Origin: Raillietiella orientalis
Lineage: Eukaryota
Length of the DNA: 64,000 bases
Assembly (NCBI GenBank): GCA_036172245.1
Contig: JAYWIR010000035.1
Location: forward strand, 2,170,001-2,234,000
Direction: 5' to 3'
Under the pieces are notes generated by a model, which saw nothing but the letters and a program-made list of their open reading frames with translations, searched no databases and had not been told where the DNA came from. Shown in pieces: positions 1 through 12,985 of this stretch (the stretch's first letter is position 1; every line of letters begins with the position of its first letter). The position numbers were made by a program, and so were the translations under genes.

Positions 1-1558
1 GGAGAAGGTGGGGGAATGTTTCCTTTTCCCCACACCGGTCACAATTGGGATCCACAGCCCCCCGGGTGGTGTGGTGCAGGCGTGCTTTGAATGGTAATCC
101 CCAGAGTACCACAAGCAACGCCACATCCTGCCATTTCAGGGGGAGGGATGCACTGTTCCAGGACGCTGGGGGCCACTTCATCTCCTCCGGAGACAGTCCG
201 AGTAGCTCGCCCCAGCGTCGAATTCCGTTGGGCGGGACATTCGGCGTCGCAGCGTCAGCTAGCTAACGAGATGTCCACGCCTTTATCGATTGTGTCCTTC
301 CGTTTACGGTGCAGGACACGGTCCATTTCCCCAGCTCCCTACTGTCCCTGGCACTGATGAGAAAGGGCAGCACTGTGGCAAGGGGGGTTATCAAAGCCCA
401 CATAAGCTTGTCGTGGGACTGCACGATCTCCTGCAGCGCACAGCGGGCATGCCTTTTCAGGCAAGTATTCTTTGTGCCAGCCGGTACGTAGATCTTTTCC
501 CAGGTGGAGACCGACTCGTGCAACCAGGCAGAGTAGTTCCATGGGAGGCAGGAGATCCAGGCGTTCTCCCGAACCGCAACGAAGATGCGTCGCAGCATAG
601 AGCCACAGTGTGCTCTTCTGCAGACGCGCGCAGACAGAAACGACAAAAGTCTGCCGGATCCGCAGGTTCGTTGGGCCAGGAGGCGTGCTGGAACGCACCA
701 AGGCGTGTCCCACAATTCGGCCGCGAGGGCGAGAGTCCTGAATTGGAGTTGCAGTTCCATGCGCTGCAACGTAAGTACGCCAAGTTCTCCGTCCTTACGT
801 GGAGCGCACAAGTCTTTGAGCCTCACACGGGACCTCCCTTTGCCCCAAAGGACTGTCCTCAGGACGCCCGCTGCTCTTTTCCGAACAAAATGAGGGGCGG
901 GGCACAAAAAGTAGGGGGAGAAGAAGGGGGGCCGCAAACGCGTTCCACACCTCGGCACGTTCCTGCAAGTGGAACTTGCTTTCCTGGAACGGACCGATCG
1001 CCAACGCTGCCTCTTGGAGACGGTCGGACCAGGCTTCTGCTGCGCAGAAGTCCCCCAACGGAACGCCAAGGTACTTGAAGCACCTGCCCGTGGGGATCCC
1101 CAAGCGGATCCAGTCCGACCGTCCAGCCCACGCCGAGCCAACACAAGCCATCGACGACTTCGCCCTGTTCACCTCCAGGCCCGTCCCGCGGCGCAGCAAC
1201 TGGAAGAATTCCTCGAGCGCACTCGCCGGGGTGGACCCGGGAAGCAGCAGCAGAAGATCGTCTGCATAGGCCGACACGGCAGGCGTGCCGGCACACGAGC
1301 TCGGCAGAGTTGCCAGTCACCCTGTATGCCCTCAGCACCAACTCGAAGTAGATGCTGAAGAGCAAGGGGCTCAGGCTGTCACCCTGCCGGATGCCGCAGC
1401 GCACTGGCACGCCGTACACGTGCCGGCCGCTGAAACCAATATTTATGTACGCGTTGCGCCAGCACGAGCGCAGGTAATACCGGAGCACGGACGGCAAACC
1501 CATGCGTTCCAGGAGCTCCAGAAGGAGATCCTGGTCGACGCAGTCGAAGGCCTTGTGC
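1..1558 (-). mobile_element. Tx1/L1-clade LINE subfamily C, 3' part of ORF2 (RT + C-terminal zinc finger), frameshifted; interrupted by element A
   Basis: Motifs GIRQGDSLSPLLF, YADD and KYLG spread over several minus-strand frames; the RT breaks at VDL|HKAFD and resumes at 12986. Confidence 0.9.
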
Positions 1559-1651
1559 GCTCTAGGGCGGACGTGTTTTCTCGGTGCTCCTCGTGCCAGG
1601 AAGTCTCCCCCAGTGCAAGCGTCGTGTGGTTCGGTGGTCGATCAGGCAGCG

Positions 1652-3325
1652 ATGCCTGACGCGACCACCAGGGATGGCCAGGGGGCAGCGACAACGCCGC
1701 CCCCAGAGGCGATGGAGAGCCAGGGGGCGGCGGCAACGTCGCCCCCAGAGGCGATGGAGGTGGGGGCATCCGCCCCCACAGAATCGGTCCCCGCTGCAGC
1801 GCGGGCGTGGAGCGCCGTTATGTCGGCGCCATCGCCTGCAGCCGCGGCGGAATTGTCGGCCTATGTAGAGGAGGGGTACAACCCCTCATTGTTCTACAAG
1901 GTAGGCAATTTATATTCTTTAGAGAGCGCGCGCGCTTTCTCGAAGGGCATGCGCGCTCTCGATGTGAAAGAGAAGGAGCTCAGCGCTATGACCATCCGCA
2001 GCGGGGGTCTGCACGTTGAGGTCATCTGCAAACATGCAGAGCTGTCCCAACGACTGCTTAAAACCCCCGTTGTGATGGGGACGCGCAGGCTCCTCCCCAC
2101 TACGGCGGACCGCAGCATGGTGGTCCACCTGTTAGGCGTCACCGCGCGAATGCGCAAAGAACAGGTACGCGCCCCTTTGGAACAGTTCGGAACGGTCCAC
2201 GCGCAGTGGACGAAAGTAAGTCCTTTCGAGGACTACACGGGGCTGCAACACGGCCTCACTGCTGCGCGCGTGACCGTTCGGGAGGGCTGCACTCTTCCCC
2301 ACAAACTGGTGGTCGAAGGCGAAACCGTCGACCTCTGGTATGTGGGGAAGCCGAAATAGAGTGGCTTCTGCAATACGTCGGGCCACCTCAAAAACAGGTG
2401 TCCCAACGTGCAGTGCCAAGTATGCGGCACAATGGGCCACACGAGGGAGGTGTGCCCAAAAGCAGCAGTGCGGGTGGTTTCCAAGAGAAACCTTAAAAAA
2501 CGCGCCCGGCTTCTGCAGAAAAGGCTGGCGGCGAAAGCTGCCGCGAAGGCTGTGCCACCCGCGCCCAAGACCCAGGCCGCACCCGAGACCCCGGCGACCA
2601 ACGCCGAAAAAGTTGAGGGAGCCGGCCAGGAGACTGGGTGGCAAGTGGCAACGGACAAAAAATCAAAGGAGAGGAGGATGGAAAAGAAAATCGCCTACCA
2701 ACAGAAGAAGAAAGAGCAGGGTAGCGCGATAATTAAAGAGTGCAGCGTCGTTGTCGAACGGGTTCTCGATGTTGCCGAACGCTGCCGGAAAGAACTCGCC
2801 GCTACCGACGACCTCCCCTCTGTTGACACAGTCAACAGCGAGGGGAGCGAGCCGGCGGCGGCGTCCGTCATCGACACCACCATCGATGACGTAGCCTTCG
2901 CGCGAGCCGCGGAGGAGCTGGCAGCTTCGTTGCAGCCAGAACCCGCCAAGGCTGGCAAGAATTCTGTAAGGCGTCCGGTCTCCCCTCAGGAGTCCCCCAA
3001 TTCCGACCCCGAGGTGGAGGCCGGAAGCGCAGCCTCCGTTTCCACGGAACCGCGTAAGAAGGCTGGACGTAAGTCCAGAAAGCCAAGGAAGCTCGTCTCC
3101 CCCGTCGAAGGGGAAGAGATGGCTTTCGCAAGCGAGGGTGCCATGAGCGTGGGAAACTCTCGGGACTCGTCGCCCGAGAGACTCCCACGCGCGGACACGG
3201 AGGGGATGGAGGGGATGGAGGCCGAACAGGTGCCTCAGGTGCCTGAGAAGGCCGAAACCCCCATGGACATCCCGCCCGCCTCGCAAGAGGAGGGCTCCCC
3301 CACACCTTAATCTTCCCAGCAGTAA
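1652..3325 (+). pseudogene. ORF1 (gag-like, zinc knuckles) of A, premature stop at 2357-2359
   Basis: LWYVGKPK followed by CX2CX4HX4C (CQVCGTMGHTREVC) and a low-complexity acidic tail. Confidence 0.85.
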
Positions 3326-4782
3326 TGCCGGGAATTTCCTCCCGCCGTCGTCTGCGCATCGCCGTTTGGAACGTGAACGGCATGACAGACGCCGGCAGGA
3401 GACGAGACATGGCCGCCCTTCTGGAGTCCTACGACCTTGCGCTGCTGCAGGAGATCCACGTGATCTTTGCAGAACAAGCGCAAGAGATCGAACGGATCTC
3501 CGGAGGGCGGCTATGGTACAGGTGTGGGAGAGCGAAAAGTTGCGGTGTCGCCTACCTGCTTCGGCCAGCCGTCGAGGCCGCGGCTCGGGGCGTGCGGTTC
3601 GACGATCACGGTCGTGTCGGCCAGCTGACTCTCAGGTGGTCCGACTCGATCGATCTGATCGTCACGAACGTGTACGCACCGAGCGGCAAGGACCTGATGA
3701 ACAGGAGGGCGAGGAAAGAGTTTTTCCTTGCCCTCCGGCGAGACTGGCTGACCGAAGCAGGCGTGCGGAATGCCCATCTGGTTGCAGGCGATTTCGACGT
3801 TCGCCTGAAACCAGATGGGCAGAATCCCGAGCGTGACCTGGTCAACGAGGTGTGCATGGCGGTGCACACCTGTAATTTGTTGGCCAGTGCACCGGGGATG
3901 GAAGACAGCATTGACCACGTGTTTCTTGACGAGCACCTGTGCCCTCGCGTGGGCAGGCGCGGCAAGTTACCGTGCGAGCTGTCCGACCATCGCCCGCTAT
4001 CCTCGAGATCCATCCGCGCGACAGGGGCCCCCCCTCGTCAGCGTGGCGTCTCCCAGGGGACTGGCTGAAGCTCCCGGACGCGGCGGAACATCTCCGCACG
4101 TTCATACGGAGCTTAAGGCTGCGGACACTCCAGGATTGGGACCGCTTCAAGCGGTCGGTCCAGGAGTTCTGCGACCAGTTCCCTCTGCACCGCCTACCTA
4201 CGGGTTTTTGGACCGGGATCCGTAACGAACGAGCCTACCTGCAGGCCCGTCGTTACGCCAGGACCCCCGACATCCGCAGGCTGGCGGAATACAAAGCGGG
4301 AGCCGAGAGGCAAGCCTGGTAGTCCGGATCGGCCAGCTTACTGGACGATCAGGGCCAGGAGCACTCGGCACCTGTCCAAATCCGCGGCCTGCTGCGGAGT
4401 TACTACTCCTCCCTGTATGCCAGGGCACCTCCGGAGAGGAACGTCTCACGACTCCTGCTTCCGGAAGGCGCTCCAGCGATCGGGGAGGAGCAGAGAAAGA
4501 CCCTCGACGAGCCTTTCACGATTGACGAGATCCTCTCGGCCATCGGAAAACTCAAGAGGCGAAAGGCTCCAGGGGAGGACGGCCTGCCCGCGGAGTTTTA
4601 TCAAACTTTCGCGGCTGAGCTTACCCCCCTGGTACAGCAACTCCCCTTGCTGATACGCGAAACAGGTGACGTTCCCGCCTTGTTTCGTTCGGCAAAGTTG
4701 CGGCTCCTACCTAAGGGAGATCTGAGGAGCATGAACAACTGGCGTCCCATCACAATAGTGAATGCGGACGCCAAGTTGCTGG
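3325..4782 (+). pseudogene. ORF2 N-terminal half of A (APE endonuclease, start of RT)
   Basis: WNVNG, LQE, NVYAP, GDF, IDHVF and SDH motifs, then KAPGEDG and NWRPIT; frameshift and stop present. Confidence 0.9.
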
Positions 4783-4988
4783 TTGCCACCCGGTCACGCC
4801 GGGACGTTTATTAAAAATTCTCTTTGATTCGTGGTACGAGGCCCCACTACGGCCAACTGAACTGGACCTGCGGGGTCGCCGGTACGCAGACAGGCACGAC
4901 TCTCCTCGGCAGCGGAAGGGGGTGGGGGAAAAAACAAAAAGAAAAATAAAACATAAAAACAAAAAGATTTGGGAGGGTTGTGGAGGGA

Positions 4989-7900
4989 TCACTGACCACT
5001 GGGAGGAGGGTCCATCCTTGGCAGGATGCCCTCGAGGTCCGTCCGTATAATTCCCAGTTGGGGCCATCTGGTCACATTCCGCAGGTAGCGGACTGCAAGT
5101 ACGACGGCATCCCTGTCGTGGCTCGGTCTTCTGACGTTGCTCCAGCACGTCACAATCCCGCGTACGCAGCAAAGTGCAGCCAGGGTAGCGGCTGGACGCA
5201 GGGCATCATGCACGAACAGAAGCCGAAAAACGTCTCTGGACTGGCTGCCCTCCTGGATCCGTAGGGAGGCACGAAGACGTTTTCACAGGGGTCGGAGGGC
5301 AGCACAATCAACAAGGAGGTGGGGGAGGGTTTCCCGTTCCCCACACCTGATGCAGGTAGGATCTACTCGACCCCTGGTCCAGTGGTGGCGGCGTGCGTTG
5401 CAAGGTAGACCCCAATGCAACAACAGAAGCGCCGACTCCTGCCACTTTAGGGGGAGGATCCTAGAACCAATTAATACCGGGGACCACTTCAGGGCATCCG
5501 TCTGGATGCCGAGTAGCTCACCCCATCTCTGAAGTCCTCTCGGCTAGACAGTAGGTCTAATGGCGTCCGCCAGTTCACCCGTGGACCAGCCGTTGATTAA
5601 CTTCTCCTTGCCTGCGATGCGGCAGGAGACTTGCCACCTAGGCTTGCGGCTGCTGGAGAGCGCCCTCCTCAGGAAGGGCATCGCCGTTGCTAGGGGGGTT
5701 GTCTCTGCCCACGTGCTTCTCGCGGGACACTGGAGTATCTTCCGCAGAGTGCTGCGGGAATAGGCGCCGCGTCGCAGGCAGTTCCACATCTCTTCATTCT
5801 TTTCATTAATCTTCGCCCACGTGCCAGCTGTCTCCTCCAGCCATGCGGAGGAGTTGGCGGGGCTGCATACCATCCAGCCGTTTTCCTTCGCCAGAGTTGC
5901 CATGCGTCCCAGGAGAAGTCCGCATCTCTTGATCTTCTTGCCACGGCAGAGAAGATAGGACGCGAGACCCTCCGTCCCGGATACACGGCTGGCAAGGAGT
6001 CGGGCCGGAACGCACCAAGAAGTGCTCCATAACTTCGCTGCGATGGCGAAGTTTCGCCACCGCAGCTGAATCTCTACTCGCTCCATCGTCAAGAGGCCGA
6101 GACCGCCATCCCGACGTGGAGCACACAAGTCCTTCAACGGGACTCGGGGCCTCCCTCTTCCCCAAAGGGCAATTCTCAGGAGGTCCTTCGTCCGTTTTTT
6201 CAACTCTCTGGGGACGGGGCAAACAAAAAGCAGGGGGCGGAGGATAGGAGCCGCGAACGCGTTCCATACCGCGGCCCGTTCCGGAAGGAGAAACTTGTCT
6301 TCCAGGAACGGGCCGATCGCCGTTTCCACTTTTTGGAGGCAGCCGGACCACGCTTCCGCAGGGGAGTAGTCCCCCAACGGCACACCAAGGTACTTCAAGC
6401 ACCTCGCCGTGGGGATCCCCAAGCGGACCCAGTCCTGCTGCCCAGCCCACGCCGCACCGACTGGAACCACCGTCGACTTCGCCCTGTTCACCGTAAGTCC
6501 GGTCCCGCGGCTAAGCAGATCGAAGAAATCCCCGACCGCCTTCGCCGGGGTGGACATCGGCAACAGAAGCAAAAGATCGTCGGCGTATGCTGCTACGGCG
6601 GGCGTGCCGGGGCACGAGCTCGGCAAGGGTGCCAAAGTCACCCTGTACGCTCTCAGCACCAACTCAAAGTAGGTGCTAAAGAGCAGGGGACTGAGGCTGT
6701 CGCCCTGCCGTATGCCCCGCCGTACCGGCACGCCGTACGCCATTTGACCTCTGAAAGAGATATTGATCAGCGCGCTGCGCCAGCAAGAGCGCAGGTAGGT
6801 CAGTAGGGAGGGAGGGAAGCCCATGCGTCCCAGGAGCTCCAGCAGGAGATCCTGGTCCACGCAGTCAAACGCTTTGTGCAGATCGACTGCGATCGCTAGG
6901 GCTCCCTTCCCCACCTGGGAGTCCTGTCCCTGCCCGGCTGACGCCCCCAAAGCGGGGCTGCCAATCCTTCCCTCTTCCTTTTCTTGACTACTCTGCACAT
7001 GAAACCATGTGCTCGCGAAGAAGAGGTTGGCCTCCATACTTCGCCCGGGAACAGCGTAAGTCTGCTCCGGGCTAATTATGGAATTGGCCACCTGCCCCAG
7101 ACGCGAAGCCCACAGTCCGGCGATCAACTTGGCGTCCGTGTTCACAATTGTGATCGGACGCCAGTTGCTGAGTTTCCTGAGGTCTCCTCCTTTCGGAAGG
7201 AGCCTCACTCTGGCTGACCGAAACGAGGCGGGTACATCGCCTTCATCTCGGATCAGCCTTGTCAACTCAAGCACCAGGGGTGCCAACTCTGCCGCGAAAC
7301 ATTGAAAAAACTCCGCAGGCAGGCCGTCCTCCCCTGGTGCTTTCCGCCTCTTGAGCCTTTTGATACCGGCGAGAATTTCGCCGGTGGTAAAAGGCTCGTC
7401 GAGGCTTTCCTTCTCCTCCTCCCCTATTGCCGGGGCACCGTTCGGAAGCATGCGCCGAGAGGCATCTTGGTCCGGGGGCGCCCTGGCGTAAAGGGAGGAA
7501 TAAAAACGCCGCACGAGGTGCCGTATTCTAGCCGGAGCCGAGTGCTCCCGGCCCTGGTCGTCCAGCAAGCTGGCCGATCCGGATTGCCAGGCTAGACGTT
7601 CGGCCCCGGCTCGGTATTCTGCCAGGCGAAGGACATTGGGAGTCCTCTCGTACCGGCGGGCGTGTAAATAGGCCCTATGGTTACGAGCCCCCTCCCCAAA
7701 TCCGGGGGGCAGGCGGTGCAGAGGGAACTCCTCGCAGAACTCGCGGACCGAGGCCTTCAAGAGGTCCCAATGTTTGAGACTGCGGAGGGTGACGCCTCTC
7801 AGGAATTCGCGAAGGTGTTCCTTCGCACCTGAGAGTCTCGTCCAGTCCCCAGGCAGACGCGACGCCCTGGATGGGGGCCCTTGTCGCGCGGGCATACCTC

Positions 7901-8574
7901 GAATATCAACCGGAAATGGTCAGGCAGCTCCGACGCAACTTTCCCCCGTTTGCCGACCCGTGAACACAGGTCGACATCCAGGAAGACGTGGTCGATGCTG
8001 CTGACCATTTCCGAAAGATCCCCTAACAAGTTGCGCGTGCGCATTGCGGCGCACAACTCGTTAGCCGTCCGTTCCTGTGCGTGTGGCTCACCTGATAGCA
8101 GGCGGAGATTAAAGTCTCCCGCTATCAGGTGAGCCACGCGCACGTTCGCTTCCACCAGCCAGTCGCGCTTTAGGGTTTCCAGGAACGCCTTACGTTCCTG
8201 GTATTGGTAGGACCGCTCGGAGCGTACACATTTGTTACGACGAGGTCGATCGTGTCGGACCACCTGAGAATCAGCTGGCCGACACGACCGGCTTCGTCGA
8301 AGCGCACGCCCTTCACGGCTGCGTCGACTGCCGGCTTCATAAAAAACGCGACGCCGCAGGTGTATCGGGTGCCGCATTGCCACATCAACCGTCCCCCTGC
8401 GATCCTTTCGATCTCCTGGGCGTTCTCCGCGGTGATCACGTGGATCTCCTGCAGGAGTGCCAGGTCGAAGTCACGCAGGGTGTCGGCCGTGTCCCGTCTG
8501 TTGCCGTCGTCGCGCAGCCCGTTCACGTTCCAGCAGGCCACGCGTAATCGACGGCGACAGGCGAGCCCAGGTGT
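4989..8574 (-). pseudogene. ORF2 of B1 (APE-RT-CCHC), frameshifted
   Basis: 783-aa open stretch 5544-7895 with the RT motifs; endonuclease split over frames 8170-8712 and 7799-8383; stop at 5544. Confidence 0.9.
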
Positions 8575-10546
8575 TACTCCTGGGAATGTGGCAATGGGGC
8601 TCCCGCCACCTGGTCGGGCGGGACGGATGGAGGCATGGGGGCACCGCCCAGCGGTTCTCCCACCTCCATGGGGGCCGATTCCTCGGCGGACCGCAACGGT
8701 TGAATGGAGCATGCTTCACGCACCTGCTTCCCCTCTTCCATGCGGGCCGATTCCTCGACTGCGATGGACGGCAGGGGGGAGCGGTTCTCAGCTGTCTGCT
8801 CCCCCTCTTCCATGACCATCTTCTCCGCAGGCTTCACCTGTGGAAGGGGGAGGCAATTCCCTACCTGCTCCCCCTCCTCCATGGGGGTGGCCGGCTGCTC
8901 GGTGGCGAAGGGTGGGAAAATTCCTACCTCCATTCCCACGCTGCCGGCTTCCCCCTCGGCTGCCGGTGCGTCCCCCTCGCTCTTCGTCGGGATGCGCCTC
9001 TTGGGATTCTTGGACTTCCGTCCAGTCTTCTTCGGAGGCGCCTCCGCGGAGGAGGACGCACTTCCGGCATCCGGTTCGTGGTCACCTGTCCGAGGTGCCT
9101 TGCTCGCGGCCGGCCTTCGCAAGGCCTTTCGCGCGCCGTTCTCACGCTGCGCGAGTTCGGCCGCGAGCTCTTCCGCCTCCTGCTGGAAGGCGGCGTCCTC
9201 GATTGCGGCGAGCGCGTCGCTCGGCTCCCCCTCTGTTTGCACAGAGGTTTCGCCTTTTTCGATCGCGGCTTCGGCGTCAACGAGGCGGGAGATATCTCCC
9301 CCGGTGGAGGTCTCGGGGAGCTCCACTCGCTCCAAAGCGACCGAACATTCGCGGAGCAACGCGCGGCGTTGTCTCCTATTTAAAGAAGATGTCGCGGGTT
9401 CCGCTGTCGGTTCTTCGGTATTCTTTAATTTTTTACTTTTAGGCTTCGCCTTATGCCAGCCCTCGCTCTCTCCAGCGTCGTCGGGAGTACCCTCGACCGG
9501 CGTTTGCTGTTCGGGCTCGGGCTCCGCCTGTGGGTTCCGCCTCAGGGGTGCCTTCGCAGGGTTTTCCGTAGCCTCCGAGCGTTTCCCTTTGGCCTTTTTC
9601 AAGGCAGCGGGAGCCGGGGGTTCGCGCTTCGGGCACACTTTGCGGAGGTGGCCCTTCTCTCCACAGTGGAAACACTGGATGTGAGGGCACCGCTTTTTCA
9701 GGTGCCCTGTGGCATCACAGTGTCCACAGTACTTGGGCTTGCCCACGTACCAGACGTCGACGGTCTCGTTGCCGACGTCTAGTTTGTGGGGTATCCCACC
9801 GTTTTCGTGGACGGTTACACGCGCACCAGCCATGCCACTAAACAGTCTTCCGTAACTCTGGAAGACGTTGGGCTTGGGCCATAGCGCGTGAACCGTTCCG
9901 TATTTTCCGAGTTCCTCCTGCACGTCGGCTTTCGACATGCGGAGGGTGACTCCCGTGAGGTGCGTCACCACGGAGCGATCCTCCGTTACCGGGAAAATCT
10001 TTCGGCCTTCCAGTGTGATTGGCGTATTCAGGAGGTGTTGAGCAAGGCTTGCATTTCTGCAAGTCAGCTCCACCCGCTGACCACCACTCAACATGGAAAG
10101 ACCTTCCAGGTCTTCCTCTTTTACGTTCAACCGCTGCAACTCCCTTTCGAAGTTGCGAGCGGTGTTCCCGACAAACAGATTGCCTACCTTGTATATCAGG
10201 GACGGCTTGTATCCCTGCTCCAGGTAGGCTTTCTGCTCGGCGAAGGCTGCAGGAGATGGGGCTGCAGCCACTGAACTCCAGGTCTTCGGCGACGCCGAAG
10301 ACGCATTCGAGGGGGCAGGTGCCCCCTTTTTCAAGGGGGCGGTTGCACCCTGTTCCAGCGAGCTTTTGCCCCCTTTTTCAAGGGGGCCTTTGCCCTCGCC
10401 TCCGAGGCGGCGGTTGCCCCCTTTTTCAGGGGTGCGGCTGCCGTCGCTTCCGTGGGGGCGGTTGCCCCCACCTCCGTGGGTTGGGGAGAGGAGGAAGCCT
10501 CTCCCCCTCCTATATCCATCGCGGTGTCCTCAGGCATTTCTGCCAT
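8574..10546 (-). pseudogene. ORF1 of B1
   Basis: Two CCHC knuckles (CGHCDATGHLKKRC, CFHCGEKGHLRKVC); ATG at 10546 with a frameshift in the N-terminal repeat tract. Confidence 0.85.
10318..10470. repeat. Short coding tandem repeat (GCGGTTGCCCCCTTTTTCAAGGGG; ATAPLKKG-like) in the B1 ORF1 N-terminus
   Basis: Several imperfect units; a longer version lies at 41433-41610 in B2. Confidence 0.75.
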
Positions 10547-10634
10547 TGGACACCGCAGATGCTTCACACACAAACAGTACCGAAAAAGAACGCTTTACAC
10601 CAGGCGCGGAGGAGCGCTACAAGAACACGTCCGC

Positions 10635-12767
10635 ACGCCAAGTTGCTGGCTAAGGTTTGGGCAGAGCGTCTGGGACGGGTTGCCAACATCTTCATCAGCC
10701 CGGAACAGACATATGCTGTTCCCGGGCGAAGCATGGAGGCGAACCTGTTCCACGCTTCCACCTGGCTAGAGCTCCAACATGGAAGGAGCTTGGTGCGCAG
10801 CCGGAATTCCGGTGCGTGCGCCGGCAAGGGGTTGGATGGTCGGGTGGGGGAGGGAGCCCTTGCGGTCGCAATCGACTTGCGAAAAGCATTCGATTGCGTC
10901 GACCAGAATCTCCTTCTGGAGCTTCTGGGACGCTTGGGCTTCCCGGCCTCATTAGTAACCTATCTGCGCTCCTGCTGGCGCGACGCGCTCATCAATGTTA
11001 CTTTCAGCGGGCACACCGTGCACGGCGTGCCGGTGCGGCGTGGGATCGGGCAGGGAGAAAGCCTGAGCCCCTTGCTCTTCAGTACCTACTTTGAGTTGGT
11101 ACTGAGAGCGTACAGGGGAACTCTGGCGCACCTGCCGCACGACTGTGCCGGTACGCCGGCCGTTTCAGCATACGCGGACGACCTTCTGCTGCTGCTCCCT
11201 ATGTCCACCCCGGCTGCGGCGGTCGAGGAGTTCTTCGACCTGCTGCATCGGGGAACCGGACTTACGGTGAAGAGGGCGAAGTCGTCCGTGATGCCAGTTG
11301 GTGCGGCGTGGGCAGGGCAGCAGGACTGGGTCCGTTTGAGGATCCCCACGGTGAGGTACTTCAAGTACCTTGGTGTGCCGTTGGGGGACTACTCCCCTGC
11401 GGAAGCGTGGTCCGGCTGCCTCCAAAAAGTAGAGACGGCTATCGGCCCGTTCCGAGGCGGCAGGTTTTTCCTGCCTGAACGGGCCGCGGTTTGGAACACG
11501 TTCGCGGCTCCTCTCCTCCGCTCCCTGCTTTTTGTTTGCCCCCCCACAGAGAGGATCAAAAAGCGGACGAAGGACCTCCTCCGTATCGCCCTTTGGGGCA
11601 ACGGGAGGGCTCGAGTTCGCTTAAAGGACTTGTGCGCTCCTCGTCGGGATGGTGGTCTGGGCCTCCTGACGCTGGAGCGGCTGGAGCTTCAGCTCCAGTT
11701 CCGCTTGTCGGCACTCGTTCCAGAGTTGTGGTGCACCTGTTGGTGCGTCCCTACACGTCTCCTACTCTAGCAAGCCACCGGGAAGACGAGACTGACGTCG
11801 TTTCTTGCACTCCGTGGCCGCGTCAACCGATGCGGACTTCAGCTACGGAGGGTGGCTGCGCTGTATCGGAAAAACCCAGGATTGCTCACCTGTCGCCCGT
11901 TGAACGGTAGTGCCTGGTTGCAGGAAACCGTTCAAACGGGGGGACAGTTCGGCATGCAACGCTCCCAACAGGAACGAAGGTTCCTGTCTGGGGGTTACAG
12001 AAGTTGCACGCTCCGCGAGATCCTGGAGGATCCAAAGAAGAGAGCGTGGGCAGGAAGAACCCCCCTCGCTGCTGCGTTGCCCTCCCTGATGGAAGATCTG
12101 GACAGCGATGTTGCGGCGAAGTGGGTGGTTACAGTAACAATCTCCGGAAAGGAGAGGAAGATAGGAGTGGAAGACGGGCCAGTTAACAGACGCTGCGAAC
12201 CCCAGTACGCCTCCCAATGGACTTCTGCGCTGAGGAGCGCTGCTGGATGTTCCGATTGAACATCTGAAGTGGCCCCCGGTGCTCATGAACACTTCCGCCC
12301 TCCCCTTAAAATGGCAGGAGTCGGCTCTCCTGTTGCAACACTGGGGACTTCCCTGCAACGCCCGCCGACACCACTGGACCTGGGAAGCGGTGGACCCCAA
12401 TTGCGTCAGGTGTGGGGAACGGGAGTCCCTCCCCCACCTGCTAGTGGATTGTGTTGCCCTTCGGCCCCTTTGGTTTCGCTTTGCCGCGGCCATCGGAATC
12501 CCCTGCGGCAACCCCAGGGACGCACTGAAAGCCCTCTTCGTTGCCGACGCCCTTCGGCCAGCGGCCTCGTTAGCAGCTTTGTGCTGCCTACGCGGGATCG
12601 TCACCGCTTGGAGCAAGGCTACGGGAGGACAACGCGACCAAGGTGCCATCCAGCCAGCCTCCCAGTTCCTGAGGAGAACGTCCCGATGGCCCCACCTGGA
12701 TCCAGGAATACAGAAAGAGCTTGCCGGCATCCTGCAAAGGATGCAACGGCCCCACCAGCAACTGTGA
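10635..12767 (+). pseudogene. ORF2 C-terminal half of A (RT + CCHC)
   Basis: Resumes DAKLLAKVWAERL; DLRKAFD, YADD, KYLG, CVRCGERESLPHLLVDC. Confidence 0.9.
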
Positions 12768-12985
12768 TCCCTTCCCTTACCCTCCCAACTTTTCTTTTGT
12801 TTCTTGTTTTGTTTTTTGTTTTTCCCCCTTCCCCCTGCTGCCGTGGTGGACGGTACCGGTCTGCGAACCGGTGACCCGGCAGGCTTTGTGTTTCTTCGTG
12901 CGTGGCTGGAGCAATGGTCCAGCCACCGCACGTCTTTGTAAAAGTTTATTTTACAATAAACGCCCCGGCGAAATCCGGGTGAAAA

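Larger units (their letters stand above)
4783..10634 (-). mobile_element. Full-length LINE subfamily B, copy 1
   Basis: Perfect 15-bp TSD ACGCCAAGTTGCTGG (4768-4782 / 10635-10649); both conserved termini present. Confidence 0.95.
1567..12985 (+). mobile_element. Full-length LINE subfamily A, split by the B1 insertion (4783-10634)
   Basis: Starts GCGGACGTGT at 1567 and ends AATAAA-CGCCCCGGCGAAATCCGGGTGAAAA. Flanked by a degenerate TSD, TCGAAGGCCTTGTGC (1544-1558) / TCGAATGGTTTGTGC (12986-13000), 12/15 identical. Confidence 0.88.
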
